64,000 nt of DNA from positions 83,328,001 to 83,392,000 of the forward strand of contig NC_083283.1 of assembly GCF_963506605.1 (NCBI RefSeq), in the 5' to 3' direction. Under the pieces are notes generated by a model, which saw only the letters and a list, made by a program, of their open reading frames with translations, made no database searches and was not told the origin of the DNA. This stretch comes from Zootoca vivipara. Taxonomy: Eukaryota. Below are positions 1 to 12,214 of this stretch, piece by piece; position 1 is the first letter of the stretch, and each line of letters begins with the position of its first letter. The translations under genes and the position numbers were made by a program.

Positions 1-1749
1 CGAACGAGGCACCATCTCAAACAAGGCCGAGCCCTTGGCTTCTTGTGAGGGGGACAGGATACGAGGGCTGTTATCATTCCGATCGAGAACAAACACCCTG
101 ACGGTGACATTGCTGCTGAGAGGGGGAGAACCCCCATCTTGGGCCTTCACTTGCAGCTTGAACTCTCTGAATTGTTCATAGTCAAAGGATCTCTGGGCAT
201 AGATGGTGCCGGTCTCTGAATTAATGGAGATATAGGAGGAGATGGGAAGCTCCTCCATGTTGCTGTTGAGGATGGAGTACGTGATCCGTGAGTTCTGGTT
301 CACATCGGGATCAGAGGCTTTGATAGTGAAAATGGAGGCACCTGAAGGATTGTTTTCTGGCACGTAGATGTTGTAGGATGATCTCTGAAAAGTAGGGGCA
401 TTATCATTTATATCAGATATCTGTAGGAAGATTGCTTTATGGGTGTTCAATGGTGGTGTTCCATTGTCAGTGGCTGTGATTGTAATATTATATGCTGGAG
501 CTATTTCTCTGTCCAGGAGACTGTCTGTCTGGAGCTTGAAGTAATTGTTAGATGAGGGAAGAATTTTGAAGGGTAAATCATCGTTTAAGTAGCAAGTAAC
601 CTTTCCATTATCACCACTATCTTTGTCATTCACATTGATCAGAGCAATTACAGTTCCGGGCAGAGAATCTTCAGGAACTGGGCTGAACATGGAGGCTAAA
701 GTCACATCTGGGGCATTATCATTCTCATCATGAACCCTTATCTCAATGTTAGAATGTGTCATCAATCCACCTCCATCTTTTGCAGCAACTGTCATAGTAT
801 ATTCATCATTGGCCTCAAAATCCAGTTGCTCCAGTAGAATGATTGTGCCACTGATGGGATCCAGCTTGAATTTCCGTTCGGCAGTTGCTGGTATGTTGCT
901 AAAATGATACCTGATTTGGGCATATAAACCTTCATCCTTATCAGAGGCTGCAACCTGGAGCACAAGTGACCCAACAGGAACATTTTCAGATAAGCTGACC
1001 TTGTAAACCACTTGAGTGAAAACAGGTGGGTTGTCATTGGCATCTGTGACATTAATCCATATTTGGGCAGTCCCAGTTTTTCTAGGCTCACCCCCATCCA
1101 TAGCGGTAAGAACCAAGTGAAGGGTCTGTTCACTTTCTCGATCAAGAGTGTTCTGTAGCACCAGTTCTGCATATTTATTTCCATCTTTTCTCTCTCTGAC
1201 TTCCAAAGAGAAATACTGGTTGGAGCTCAGCTGGTAATCCTGGAGAGAGTTCATCCCAATATCAGGATCTTCCGCTTTCCCAAGGAGAAATTGTGTGCCT
1301 AGCAGAGTGGATTCAAGGATCTCTAAATTGATATTGCTATTCAGGAATTGGGGTGCATTATCATTAACATCCTTGATTTCCACTAGTACATGAAAAATAT
1401 TCAAAGGGTTTTCCACCACAACTTCAAAATTAACAAAGCAATTTGGATTTTTGCCACATATCCCCTCCCTATCAATCCTGTCATTTACATAGAGGTTTCC
1501 ATTCTCTGCAGCGATACTGAAATGCTGCATTTTAGCCACAGAGACAGTGTGCAGATTGCGGTGTTTTAGTTCTTTGGTGCTCAGTCCCAGGTCCTTGGCG
1601 AGGTTCCCCACAACTGAACCCTTTGCCATCTCCTCAGGGGTTGAATAATGAATCTGCTCTGATGCAGCCCAACAGGTAAAAGACAAGAGAGAGAGAAGCA
1701 GTACTTGCCTTGTCAGTGCCCTGCCATTCCCTGTGTGCCTTCTCTCCAT
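1..1749 (-). CDS. PCDHGB: V1: protocadherin gamma-B-type variable exon, subtype X, 3'-truncated by window edge (signal peptide to start of EC6)
   Basis: ATG at 1749 ([18 protein letters not shown]...). Colinear with V3 at constant offset 10193 (position 1 = 10194). Its absence from the ORF track fits a frame that runs off the window without a stop. Subtype assigned by similarity to V3. Confidence 0.9.
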   Translation of the reverse strand, partial: MERRHTGNGRALTRQVLLLSLLSFTCWAASEQIHYSTPEEMAKGSVVGNLAKDLGLSTKELKHRNLHTVSVAKMQHFSIAAENGNLYVNDRIDREGICGKNPNCFVNFEVVVENPLNIFHVLVEIKDVNDNAPQFLNSNINLEILESTLLGTQFLLGKAEDPDIGMNSLQDYQLSSNQYFSLEVRERKDGNKYAELVLQNTLDRESEQTLHLVLTAMDGGEPRKTGTAQIWINVTDANDNPPVFTQVVYKVSLSENVPVGSLVLQVAASDKDEGLYAQIRYHFSNIPATAERKFKLDPISGTIILLEQLDFEANDEYTMTVAAKDGGGLMTHSNIEIRVHDENDNAPDVTLASMFSPVPEDSLPGTVIALINVNDKDSGDNGKVTCYLNDDLPFKILPSSNNYFKLQTDSLLDREIAPAYNITITATDNGTPPLNTHKAIFLQISDINDNAPTFQRSSYNIYVPENNPSGASIFTIKASDPDVNQNSRITYSILNSNMEELPISSYISINSETGTIYAQRSFDYEQFREFKLQVKAQDGGSPPLSSNVTVRVFVLDRNDNSPRILSPSQEAKGSALFEMVPRS

Positions 1750-2021
1750 CTGGCTGGTTCTCTCAAAAACAGGCTGCTTCCTTTTCTCAGTTTCCTATGC
1801 TCAGGCTCTCACAATGATGAAGGAAACAACATGAGGTGTCACTGAGGAAGAATAAACTGCCCTTGTTCTTATATTTGGGCAAAGCAAAAGATATTTTTCC
1901 TTCTCTGCAAGAGTTCCCTTTCTCTGTGTTATTCAGTTGGCTTGATCTGACTAGCAGTGATGGGAGTTACTGCAGTCTAGGAAGCATCAATGGATCTCTA
2001 TCCTCTCTCTGGCTATCATAC

Positions 2022-2062
2022 TGGCCAACACTGACACTTGGAGGGCTACTGAAGCAACTGCA
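2022..2062 (-). promoter_or_regulatory. CSE / CTCF-site promoter element of V1 (core variant CAGT)
   Basis: Minus strand TGCAGTTGCTTCAGTAGCCCTCCAAGTGTCAGTGTTGGCCA, 273 bp upstream of ATG. The same 41-bp layout precedes ten exons. Confidence 0.8.
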
Positions 2063-2394
2063 AGGAAAACCATGTTGTTCAATGTACAGTACTTTCCCTT
2101 TAGCAAATTTCAAGTGATTGGCTTTCAGTTTGTACACATTAAAGTAACAGCTCCTCTGATTGCTGAATATAACAGCTCACAAAACCCTAAACCCAGTCTG
2201 GAGATATACAGCCTATTGAAAACATTTTTGCCTTGAAGTATATCCCGCTGAAATTGAACCCAGTTGAATGGAAGCTACACACCCAAGGGATCATCAGCAG
2301 ATCATTGCCTCACTTTAACATGCTTATAGTCCTTTGTCTGTCAGTCTATCACACAACATCAGAGCACACAATTCCTTTCATTAAAATGTAACAA

Positions 2395-3300
2395 CATAAG
2401 AAGAGGCCTTCTGGATCAGACCCAAGGCCTTTCTTGTTAAGCAACATGTCTCCCACTGTGGCATTTGGAGGCATCCTGCTTCTAGTACTTGACGGGATTT
2501 AGTCAGCATGACCTGCGGCCACCTTGAAGTTGTCTATAAGACATCCAAGTTAGTGGCCATCACTGCTTTTCATGGGAGCAATTCCCATAAGTCATTTATT
2601 TATTAAAATGCGTAAAGTATGTGTGATTGTTCTCTATAAATAAAAATAATGGCTGGATACAAGTTTCTATAGTTTTATATTATACACTCACAGAAAGCAT
2701 ACCGATTTATAAAGTTTCTAAACTTATTGCACAAATTAAGTATGAAAATATTCTGTTTTTCCACCACAATATTATCAGTCTCCCCACTCTGACTCTTACC
2801 ATATTCAGTAGTTTAAGCATAGATAAAATACCCCATACTCTAATAATCCACTCCTGTAAAGCTGGTGTTCTTAACCACACACTCCACTCAACGTATACCA
2901 AATAGTTGTTCTTGCTATAGTTAATAAGTCTTGGACTAATCCTCTGCTAGTATTAAACCCTTAATACAACTGAATAAAACAATCAGAATAACATTGATAT
3001 AGTGTATCCTGTTATTATAGTGTACCCTTATTATATCCACCTGGAACCTTTCATTTCAGGACATGCCCCACAAAAATGTTGCATCCTAGCATTGGTTGCC
3101 TTGCATCTCTCACTTAAATTACTTGCTGTACTGTGAAATGTGGCACTGTAGATGTGATTGAAATATGAGCTCTCTCATATCACTTCTCCCTTGTCTTTGA
3201 TATAAACTAAATATCGTTAAGCATTGTTCTGAATAAAGAAGCTGTTCCATCCACTTGACCATCTTAGTTGCCCTTATCTGAGCATTCTGCATTTCATACA
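2395..3300 (-). mobile_element. Degraded CR1 3' fragment interrupted by an L1 ORF2 3' fragment
   Basis: Starts with a CR1-tail-like AACATAAGAAGAGGCC..CTGGATCAG. Minus strand ~3040-3110 translates RCKATNARMQHFCGACP, resembling the L1 C-terminal zinc knuckle. Paralogous to 13630..14800. Boundaries approximate. Confidence 0.55.
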
Positions 3301-3836
3301 AGTTCTTTCTACGTAAATCCTCCAGAGAAGTTCAAAACAGTCCAAAAGATCTACTATGAACAAATGGGAAGCATTCATGTTTTACAGTATACATTTTTTA
3401 GTTAACCCGAATCACAACAGGATGAATAAACTATGTGAATGAACAAAGTACAACTCCACATATTTAACCTCAAGGAGGAACTAAAAATAACTACTGTATA
3501 TAATGATAGTCATATTTTAATAATCTACAGGAAGAAAAATAGTAGAACATAGAATAGCATATAAATTCCATAATTCCTGAAGACTCACTTGAACATCATT
3601 TTCAACCTCAGCATTGAAGTTGCTTCTGTCATTGCAATTTGTAGACTGCTTGTAAAAAAAGTTTTCTAAAGTCTGAACATCTGGTGCTAGTACGGTAATA
3701 TAATTTGATTTTTTATAAAAGTTCTCTCATTTAGTAAATCAGGCAATTAAGATGAAGACAAATAAAAATACTAGTTTTGCTCATACAAGGAGCATGGTTG
3801 TGGTGCCAACATCACAGTTCTGAAAGCAAAGCTTAC

Positions 3837-6269
3837 CTGCTCACCAACCTCCTCTTTGCCATTGGCATCCCCAATGTTGCCATCCACAAGAACCACCTGA
3901 GAGCAGCTATCATTGCATAGCAAGTTTTCTGCCCCCTGGATATGGGGTTTCGGAAAAGAGATCTCCTCTTTCCTCATCTCTGACGATAGGCAGAGTTGGT
4001 AGGAATAAGGTAAAGTTCCTTCTTCATAGTTTGGTGGAAATATGACCTGCGCCTTAGAAAAAGCATTAGGTTCGAAGCATTGGAATAATTTGGGATTTCC
4101 TGATTGTCGAAGTTTCATGACAATGACCAGTATCACCGTCAGGAGGAATAAAAATGAGATCAGTGCCAAAGCCAGCACCAAGTAAAATTGTAGGTCAGAA
4201 TGATGCTCTGTGTCACTGGACTGCTTAGTCATTTCCGGAAGTGCCTCTTGGAAGTTCTCGGCAACCACAAGGTTGAGGACCACAGTAGCTGAAAGCGGAG
4301 ACTTCCCATTGTCCTTCACCAAGATGACCAGCTTCTGCTTCACAGCATCTTTCTCCAGAAGGACTCGTGATGTCCTGATCTCTCCCGTGTGGGTCCCAAT
4401 GGTGAAGAGGGCCGGCTCCGTGGCCTGCAGCACTTGGTAGGAGAGCCAGGCATTGTGCCCAGAGTCCGCGTCCACAGCCACCACTTTGGTCACTAGGTAG
4501 CCTGGCTCTGCCGAATGAGGAACCATCTCAAACAAGGCAGAGCCCTCAGCACCCGGGAGAGGATACAGAACGCGAGGGCTGTTATCGTTCTGATCCAAAA
4601 TGTACACCCACACGGTGGTGGTGTTGCTGAGAGAGGGAGAGCCGCCATCTTGGGCCTTCACTTGGATCTGAAACTCCCTGAATTGCTCATAGTCAAAGGA
4701 GCGCTGTGCATAGATAGTTCCCGTCTCAGAGTTGATGGAGACATAAGAGGAGAGAGGCAGCTCCTCCATGTTGCTGTTGAGGATGGAGTAAGTGATACGT
4801 GAGTTGCGGTCCAGATCTGGGTCCGAGGCTTTGATGGAGAAAATGGAGGCACCTGAGGGATTGTTTTCAGGCACAAAGACACTGTAGGTTGATTTTTCAA
4901 AGGCAGGGGGGTTGTCATTGATGTCTGAAATCTGCAGGGAGATGGTTTTGTTGGAGGAGAGAGGGGGGCTACCTTTGTCGGTGGCTGTGATTGTGATGTT
5001 GTATCCTGAGGCTTTTTCTCTGTCCAAAGGACTGTCTGTGAGGACTTTATAGTAGTTTCTTGAAGCTGACACTATTTTAAATGGTACATTACCTTGTAGA
5101 TGGCATGTAATTTTTCCATTTTCTCCAGAATCTTTATCCTTTACATTGATGAGAGCAATTAGTGTTCCAGAAGCAGAGTCTTCGGGAATTGGACTAGATA
5201 AGGAGGCCAGAATGATCTCTGGAGCATTGTCATTCTCATCCATAATCTTTATATCAACATTACAATGAGCTGCTAATCCTCCTCCATCTCTTGCTTCAAC
5301 TTTCATAGTGTACTTCTCTGTTTCCTCAAAGTCAAGGGTCTCCTTAATTGTAATTGTTCCACTTTGTGGATCTAGTCTAAATTTCTGGAATACTTTTTCT
5401 GGGACTTTACTGAATGTGTAACTTATCTGACTATTTGTACCTTCATCCCTATCAGAGGCTTTTACTTGGAGTATGGGGGACCCCACAGGGGAATTTTCCC
5501 TCAGGCTAACTGTATAAACCTCTTGAGTGAAAACTGGTGGGTTGTCATTGGCATCTGTGACATTAATCCATATCTGGGCAGTCCCTGTTTTTTTGGGTTC
5601 ACCCCCATCCAAGGCCGTAAGGATCAACTGTAGGGAGTGATCACTCTCCCGATCCAAAGATTTTTGCAGCACCAATTCCGCATATTTATGGCCATCCAGA
5701 CTATGCTGAATTTCTAATATAAAGAACTGATTTAGGCTTAACTGATAATTCTGGAGAGAATTAATGTCAATATCAGGATCTTCAGCTTTCCCAAGTGGAA
5801 ATCTAGCACCTGGCAATGTGGATTCGATTATTTCAAGTCTAATATTGACTTCTAGGAATTGTGGCGCATTATCATTAATATCTTGGATTGCTACACTTAC
5901 ATGGAAAACATTCAATGGCTTTTCAATCACAGCTTCAAAATCAATAATGCAGTGTGTCCTCTCCCCACATATTTCCTCTCGATCTATCCTCTCATTCACG
6001 TACAGGTTTCCATTTTCAGCATTGAGAGTTAAATATGGCTTTTTACCTTCAGAAATGATATGCAGGTTTCTGTTCTTCAGGTCTCTGGCATTTAGTCCCA
6101 AATCCTTGGCAAGATTTCCCACCAAAGACCCCTTTGCCCTCTCCTCAGGGATGGAATAGTGAACCTCTTCCAAAACTGCTCCACAAAACAAAGATGATAA
6201 TATCAGAAGGTTCATATGCCTTCCTGGTGTTTGCAAGCTCTCTCCATGAAGGATTCCTCTCCTCTTCAT
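3837..6269 (-). CDS. PCDHGB: V2: protocadherin gamma-B-type variable exon, subtype Y (811 codons)
   Basis: ORF 3771..6293 has cadherin motifs (DRE, DxNDN, A.DGG.P), a TM helix and [16 protein letters not shown]. First ATG at 6269 (the track start is GTG). Donor CAG|GTAAG at 3837/3836, phase 0. Confidence 0.93.
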
Positions 6270-6509
6270 TTTCCTCTTCTCTTTGATGAGCACAGGAGTT
6301 CAGATTTCCACCAAGATAGGAGATCCCCCCCCCCAGTTAAAAAAAGAACTGGATTCTTTGGCTTAATTTGTATATGCTGTAGTGTTTTCCTTTTCAGCCG
6401 AAATGTTTCTTTCCAGCATCTGCTGGTATACCCGATCTGCCGTTTGGGACAAAGAAATCTCTCTGCAGAAAGCATCAGTGGAACTTCAGCTGCCCTTGGA
6501 TTGCCGCCT

Positions 6510-6550
6510 TGTCCAACAGTGACACTGTGAGTCTGAAACAGAGAACTGCA
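6510..6550 (-). promoter_or_regulatory. CSE / CTCF-site promoter element of V2 (core CACT)
   Basis: Minus strand TGCAGTTCTCTGTTTCAGACTCACAGTGTCACTGTTGGACA. Confidence 0.85.
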
Positions 6551-7234
6551 ATCTTTTCCCAGTGATTTTTCTCCCCAAATGCATCTCTGTTGGTGATTAT
6601 ATGTGATGGCTCAAGGCAGGCTTTTAAACAGAATACAGTATGTGAACCCTCTTTAATAGCTTTCACACACACACACACACCAATCTTGATATGTTGCAGG
6701 TTTATTTTTTACTCTACGTTGATCGAGATGTCTACAATTATTTCCAAGCTAATATATTATTGCCTATAGTTAGGCCTTCACATGAACCTTAGACAGAAGA
6801 ATGTCTGCTTTTAGATGTAGGTATCATCCTGTGTTCGAGTAGATATCCTAAGGAGGCATCTTGTATTACATCGCTTATCGCTGAAATTAGTCCCACATCT
6901 CATGCTTATTTTTGTCATCTCGCTCCGTATTAGTGCTCGAATTATTGGTCTATTTGTGTAGACATCCCCTTCAATAGATTTATTTAGCAGCTCTCAACTT
7001 TGCCATTGTTTCCCCCCACCCACCCACACCCATGTGCTCCAGTAATTCAGTCATGGTAGATAGCTTTCTGATTTCTAGTGTTAATTTAATCTACTGTGGG
7101 ATGTGTGTTTCTGACCTTGCACATCTACTTCACAGTCTCACAGGTATGGCTCATCACCCTCTTCTTTACACAGAACAATAACATTATAGGTTTTTTGTAG
7201 GCCAATATGTAAGGGATCCTGAGTATGCAGCTTG

Positions 7235-7236
<2 letters not shown>

Positions 7237-7282
<46 letters not shown>
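7237..7282. repeat. (AC)23 microsatellite
   Basis: Perfect dinucleotide run. Confidence 0.95.
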
Positions 7283-7285
<3 letters not shown>

Positions 7286-7749
7286 AACTTCCTCTGCACG
7301 GCCTGGCCAGCCTTCACTGGTTTCCACCCACAAAGTGATGCTAGTGCTACTCTGCTGGTGCATACTTGCCCATTGTTAGCAGACCTTTCAGCATGAATCA
7401 GATTGGAATAATCACTTTCAGTTTCTGGAGTTCAAATGTTTCATTCATGCAGAAACAATCTACAGGATGAATTGTGATGAGAGAGAGAGAAACAGCAGAC
7501 GTCTTATCTCAACAAGCTGGGAGACAACAACAAAATCGCTCAGCTTTTAGGGGTGGAGTTTAACTTAGACATAACAGATACCAACAATTGCTCACTAGAT
7601 TGTTACACAAACAAGGATTAATTATAAATTTTTAACAGATGACATCAAAAACTCTTATGGACTAAACTCTAGATTTGTGTAGGGTGCACTACTTAGCTTT
7701 CTCTTCTCATGAAGATAGCCTGCAAGGCAGCAGAGGTTTAGGATCAGAG

Positions 7750-8050
7750 TTTTCCTTCCCCTAAATGTGTTACCTTCACAGGTTGAAGAGGAAGTGATCT
7801 GCCGCTCACTTCCCTCTACGCCATGTGCAGTAACCACCTTCTTTATTGCTGAACCCACTATTAGTTTTCTCTGCTCAGTCCTCCAGAGCTGGTCTTCACG
7901 TGCAGAGAAAGTCCCTAACTCACTGAGGGTTCGAGACCCATCAGCGACCCTCACTTGCTTTAGCTAGTCAGCCAAAGTCATATCCCAGGATGTGGCCACT
8001 GCCATAGTGCCTGTGTGCATGGTGGGGACCAAAGACAGATTAACTGCCTC
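7750..8050 (-). mobile_element. Probable LINE fragment (RTE-like 5' region)
   Basis: GAGAAAGTCCCTAACTCACTGAGGGTTCGAGACCCATC..ACCCTCAC resembles RTE-type 5' sequence as I recall it. Not verified. Confidence 0.3.
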
Positions 8051-8481
8051 AGAAGTAGGATGACGTTTCTCCCTTGATGCCCAACCCCCAGGGACTTTGC
8101 TTTTCAGTGCCCCCCCCCAGCTCCACGGAGTGCAAATGAGGACCTTTAGGTATCATCATCCCTGAGCCAGTAAGTGCCACAGTCAATGAGGTCATCAATA
8201 CAGACGAGTAATTGCCAACACCAGATTCCCCCAAACTAGTAAGAATGCCATGAAAGTTGGTTTGAGTAACTCTCCTTTCAGGTCTTGGGCCGCTCACTAT
8301 AGGTTCCTTATGCTTTCTAACCTACATAGCACTTGCCAGTTGTGGCACATTTAAAAAGAATGGATGGGGTGCAAATGTAGCCAGTCTTTAATTATTGACT
8401 GACATAGTAGATGAGAAAGCTCCTGTCATGCACCCTCTCATTCGTCCAGTTTATGAACAAGAACAAAATACTACCATTCAG

Positions 8482-8716
8482 CAGTGGCGGAGCTTCATGC
8501 TCCGGCACCGGGGGCGGAGAACAGGCGGTGGCGGGGCTGGCGTGCATTCTGGGGGCGTGTCCTGCGTTTTGGGGCGTGGCACACATTCTGGGGTGGGGAC
8601 CGCCACCTGTGGGGGCAGGGCACCCAGCACGGGCGGGGAGGCAGCTGCGATGGCACCCTCGGGATCACGCTGCCCGGGGCGGTGCGCCCCCATCGCCTCC
8701 CCTTCCTATGCCCCTG
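8482..8716. mobile_element. GC-rich non-autonomous hAT element (MITE), 235 bp
   Basis: Exact 8-bp TSD CCATTCAG (8474-8481, 8717-8724). Imperfect TIRs CAGTGGCGGAG / CTATGCCCCTG. Confidence 0.85.
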
Positions 8717-9521
8717 CCATTCAGCCCCAACTGGGAACTGATAGATCCTGCCTTGTTTGAAGCTAGAAGGAGAAGGCCAGATATTGCCATGCCAAAACAG
8801 AGGCCTAGAGAGTGATGCTACCATGCCCATCCCAACTGTCCACAGAGGCAGCATTGAGAACATGCTGCACAATTTACACCTCCAAAAGATTAAAGCAAAA
8901 GCATCATCTGTGGAGTTCAAAGATACACATAAAAAGGTTCATCCACATTACACATGACCTCCTACATTAAAACAATGGGCTAAGCATTGCATCCAATGTT
9001 CAATTAAATACCAACAATTTGATCGGTGAAATCCAATCTGCACTGTTAAATGAAACAGGGAAATTCTAGATCTGAACTATGATGTAAAAGTACTTTGTAC
9101 AATGTTTTTCCCAACTGTCCACAGAGGCAGCATTGAGAACATGCACAACAATTTTTGGGACTGAACTGTCAATATAAAACAAAACAAAACAGAATATGGA
9201 ATACCCCAACTGACTACGAAATAGCTACTTGCATTAGTCACAGCTACTTAGAATATATAGGAAAGATGATCATTCATGAGGGCTTTTATATTGCAAGCTG
9301 CCATTTGATCTTTGGATGAAAGACAGTATAGAAAGATAACAAATAATTAAAATGAACATTAAAAAATGAAATAAAGCCCTGCCTATTGATTTCTAAATGA
9401 AAAACTAACTAAAGATTCAAAAAGGCAGGTACACATGCAGTATAAAAGGTTGTATTGCAATGTCACTTAATGGTAAACAACAGAGCGTACCACACATGTA
9501 ACTGCAGAGAACAAATCTTAC

Positions 9522-11942
9522 CTCTTCACCGTTAGCCATCTCAGAATGAAAATTGTTTCCGCTGTTGCCTGTAAAAGGCACAGCAGGTTTCTCACTGCCA
9601 ATAATATGGTCTACCATCTGAACATTGGGTGTCAGGAAGGCAAACTCATTCTTCCTGGTCTCAGAAGACAGACACAGCTGGTAGGAATAGGGCAAAGTCC
9701 CATCTTCAAAGTTGGGTGGGAAGATGGCCCCATTCTTGGAATGGGGAACAGGACCAAAGCACTGTAGGAACCTGGGATGCCCTGATTGACGGAGCTTCAT
9801 GGTAACGGCCAGAATGACAGTCAAGAGGAACAAGAAGGAGATCACAGCTAAGGCCAGCACCAAGTAGAACTGCAGGTCAGACTGATACTCCGAGCTGCTG
9901 GGCTGGCTCTTCATTTCCGGAAGGGCCTCCTGAAAGTTCTCAGCAAACACCAGGTTCAGAGTAATGGTGGCCGAGAGAGACGGCTGCCCATTATCCTTCA
10001 CCATGACGACCAGTCTCTGTTTCACAGCATCTCTCTCCACAAAGGCCCTGGCGGTCCTGATCTCTCCAGTATGAGAACCAACCGTGAAGAGTGCAGGCTC
10101 AGTGGCCTGTGTCAGGTGGTAGGAGAGCCAGGCGTTGTGTCCAGAATCTGCATCCACGGCCACCACCTTGGTGACAAGATAATCTGCCTCGGCCGAACGA
10201 GGCACCATCTCAAACAAGGCTGAGCCCTTGGCTTCTTGTGAGGGGGACAGGATACGAGGGCTGTTATCATTCCGATCAAGAACAAACACCCTGACGGTCA
10301 CATTGGTGCTGAGAGGGGGAGAACCCCCATCTTGGGCCTTCACTTGCAGCTTGAACTCTCTGAATTGTTCATAGTCAAAGGATCTCTGGGCATAGATGGT
10401 GCCGGTCTCAGAATTAATGGAGATATAGGAAGAGATGGGAAGCTCCTCAATGTTGCTGTTGAGGATGGAGTATGTGATCCGTGAGTTCTGGTCCATATCA
10501 GGATCAGAGGCTTTGATGGTGAAAATGGAGGCACCTGAAGGATTGTTTTCAGGCACGTAGGTGTTGTAAGATGATCTCTGAAATGTAGGGGCATTATCAT
10601 TGATATCTGAGATCTGTAGTGAAATTGTTTTGTGTGTGGAAAGAGGTGGAGTTCCTCTGTCAGTGGCTGTGATTGTAATATTATATGCAGGAGCTATTTC
10701 TCTGTCCAAAGGACTGTCTGTCTGGAGCTTGAAGTAATTGTTAGATGAGGGAAATACTTTGAAGGGTAAATCATCTTGTAAGTAGCAAGTAACCTTTCCA
10801 TTATCTCCACTATCTTTGTCATTCACATTGATCAGAGCAATGACTGTTCCTGGCAGAGAATCTTCAGGAACTGGGCTGAACATGGAGGCTAAAGTCACCT
10901 CTGGGGCATTATCATTCTCATCGTGTACCCTTATCTCAATATTAGAATGTGTCACCAATCCTCCACCATCTTTTGCAGCAACTGTCATAGTATATTCATC
11001 ATTGGCCTCAAAATCCAGTTGCTCCAGTAGAGTGATTGTGCCACTGATGGGATCCAGCATGAATTTCTGTTCAGCAGTAGCTGGTATGTTGCTTAAATGA
11101 TACCTGATTTGGGCATATAAACCTTCATCCTCATCAGAGGCTGCAACCTGGAGCACAAGTGACCCAACAGGAACATTTTCAGATAAGCTGACCTTGTACA
11201 CTTCTTGAGTGAAAATGGGAGCATTATCATTGGCATCAGTGATATTAATCCGTATCTGGGCTGTTCCAGTTTTTCTAGGCTCACCCCCATCCATAGCAGT
11301 AAGAACTAAGTGAAGTGTCTGATCTTCTTCCCGATCCAAAGGTTTACTTAGCACCAGTTCTGCATATTTATTTCCATCTTTTCTCTCTCTAACTTCCAAA
11401 GTGAAATACTGGTTGGAGCTCAGCTGGTAATCCTGGAGAGAGTTCATCCCAATGTCAGGATCTTCTGCTTTCCCAAGGAGAAATCGGGTGCCTGGCAAAG
11501 TTTGTTCGCCTGCCTCCAAGTTGATATTATCATTGAGGAATTGGGGCGCATTATCATTAACATCCTGGATTTCCACTAGTACATGAAAAATATTCAAAGG
11601 GTTTTCCACCACAACTTCAAAATTAACAAAGCAATTTGGATTTTTGCCACATATCCCCTCCCTATCAATCCTGTCATTTACATAGAGGTTTCCATTCTCT
11701 GCAGCGATACTGAAATGCTGCATTTTAGCCACAGAGACAGTGTGCAGATTGCGATGTTTTAGTTCTTTGGTGCTCAGTCCCAGGTCCTTGGCGAGGTTCC
11801 CCACAACTGAACCCTTTGCCATCTCCTCAGGGGTTGAATAATGAATTTGCTCTGATGCAGCCCAACAGGTAAAAGACAAGAGAGAGAGAAGCTGTACTTG
11901 CCTTGTCAGTGCCCTGCCATTCCCTGTGTGCCTTCTCTCCAT
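9522..11942 (-). CDS. PCDHGB: V3: protocadherin gamma-B-type variable exon, subtype X (807 codons)
   Basis: ORF 9417..11942 with 6 EC repeats, TM and [16 protein letters not shown]. Donor GAG|GTAAG at 9522/9521. Confidence 0.94.
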
Positions 11943-12214
11943 CTGGCTGGTTCTCTCAAAAACAGGCTGCTTCCTTTTCTCAGTTTCCTATCCTCAGGCT
12001 CTCACAATGATGAAGGAAACAACATGAGGTATCACTGAGGAAGAATAAACTGCCCTTGTTCTTATACTTGTGCAAAGCAAAGGAGATTTTTCCTTCTCTG
12101 AAAGAGTTCCCTGTCAGTGTGCTATTCAGTTGGCCTGATCTGACTAGCAGTGATGGGAGTTACTGCAGTCTAGGAAGCATCAATGGATCTCTATCCTTTC
12201 TCTGCCTGTCATAT

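Noticed and set aside
1-1749. V1 as a pseudogene because it is missing from the ORF track
   Set aside because: It is colinear with intact V3 with no net indel, and the frame appears to run off the window edge.
3771-3836. ORF-track ends beyond the splice donors and GTG/TTG starts (V2, V4, V11)
   Set aside because: Conserved phase-0 GT donors and aligned ATGs define the exons. The extensions are unconserved intron or UTR sequence.
8392-8957. Cluster of overlapping GC-rich ORFs
   Set aside because: Caused by the stop-poor GC-rich hAT MITE at 8482-8716.
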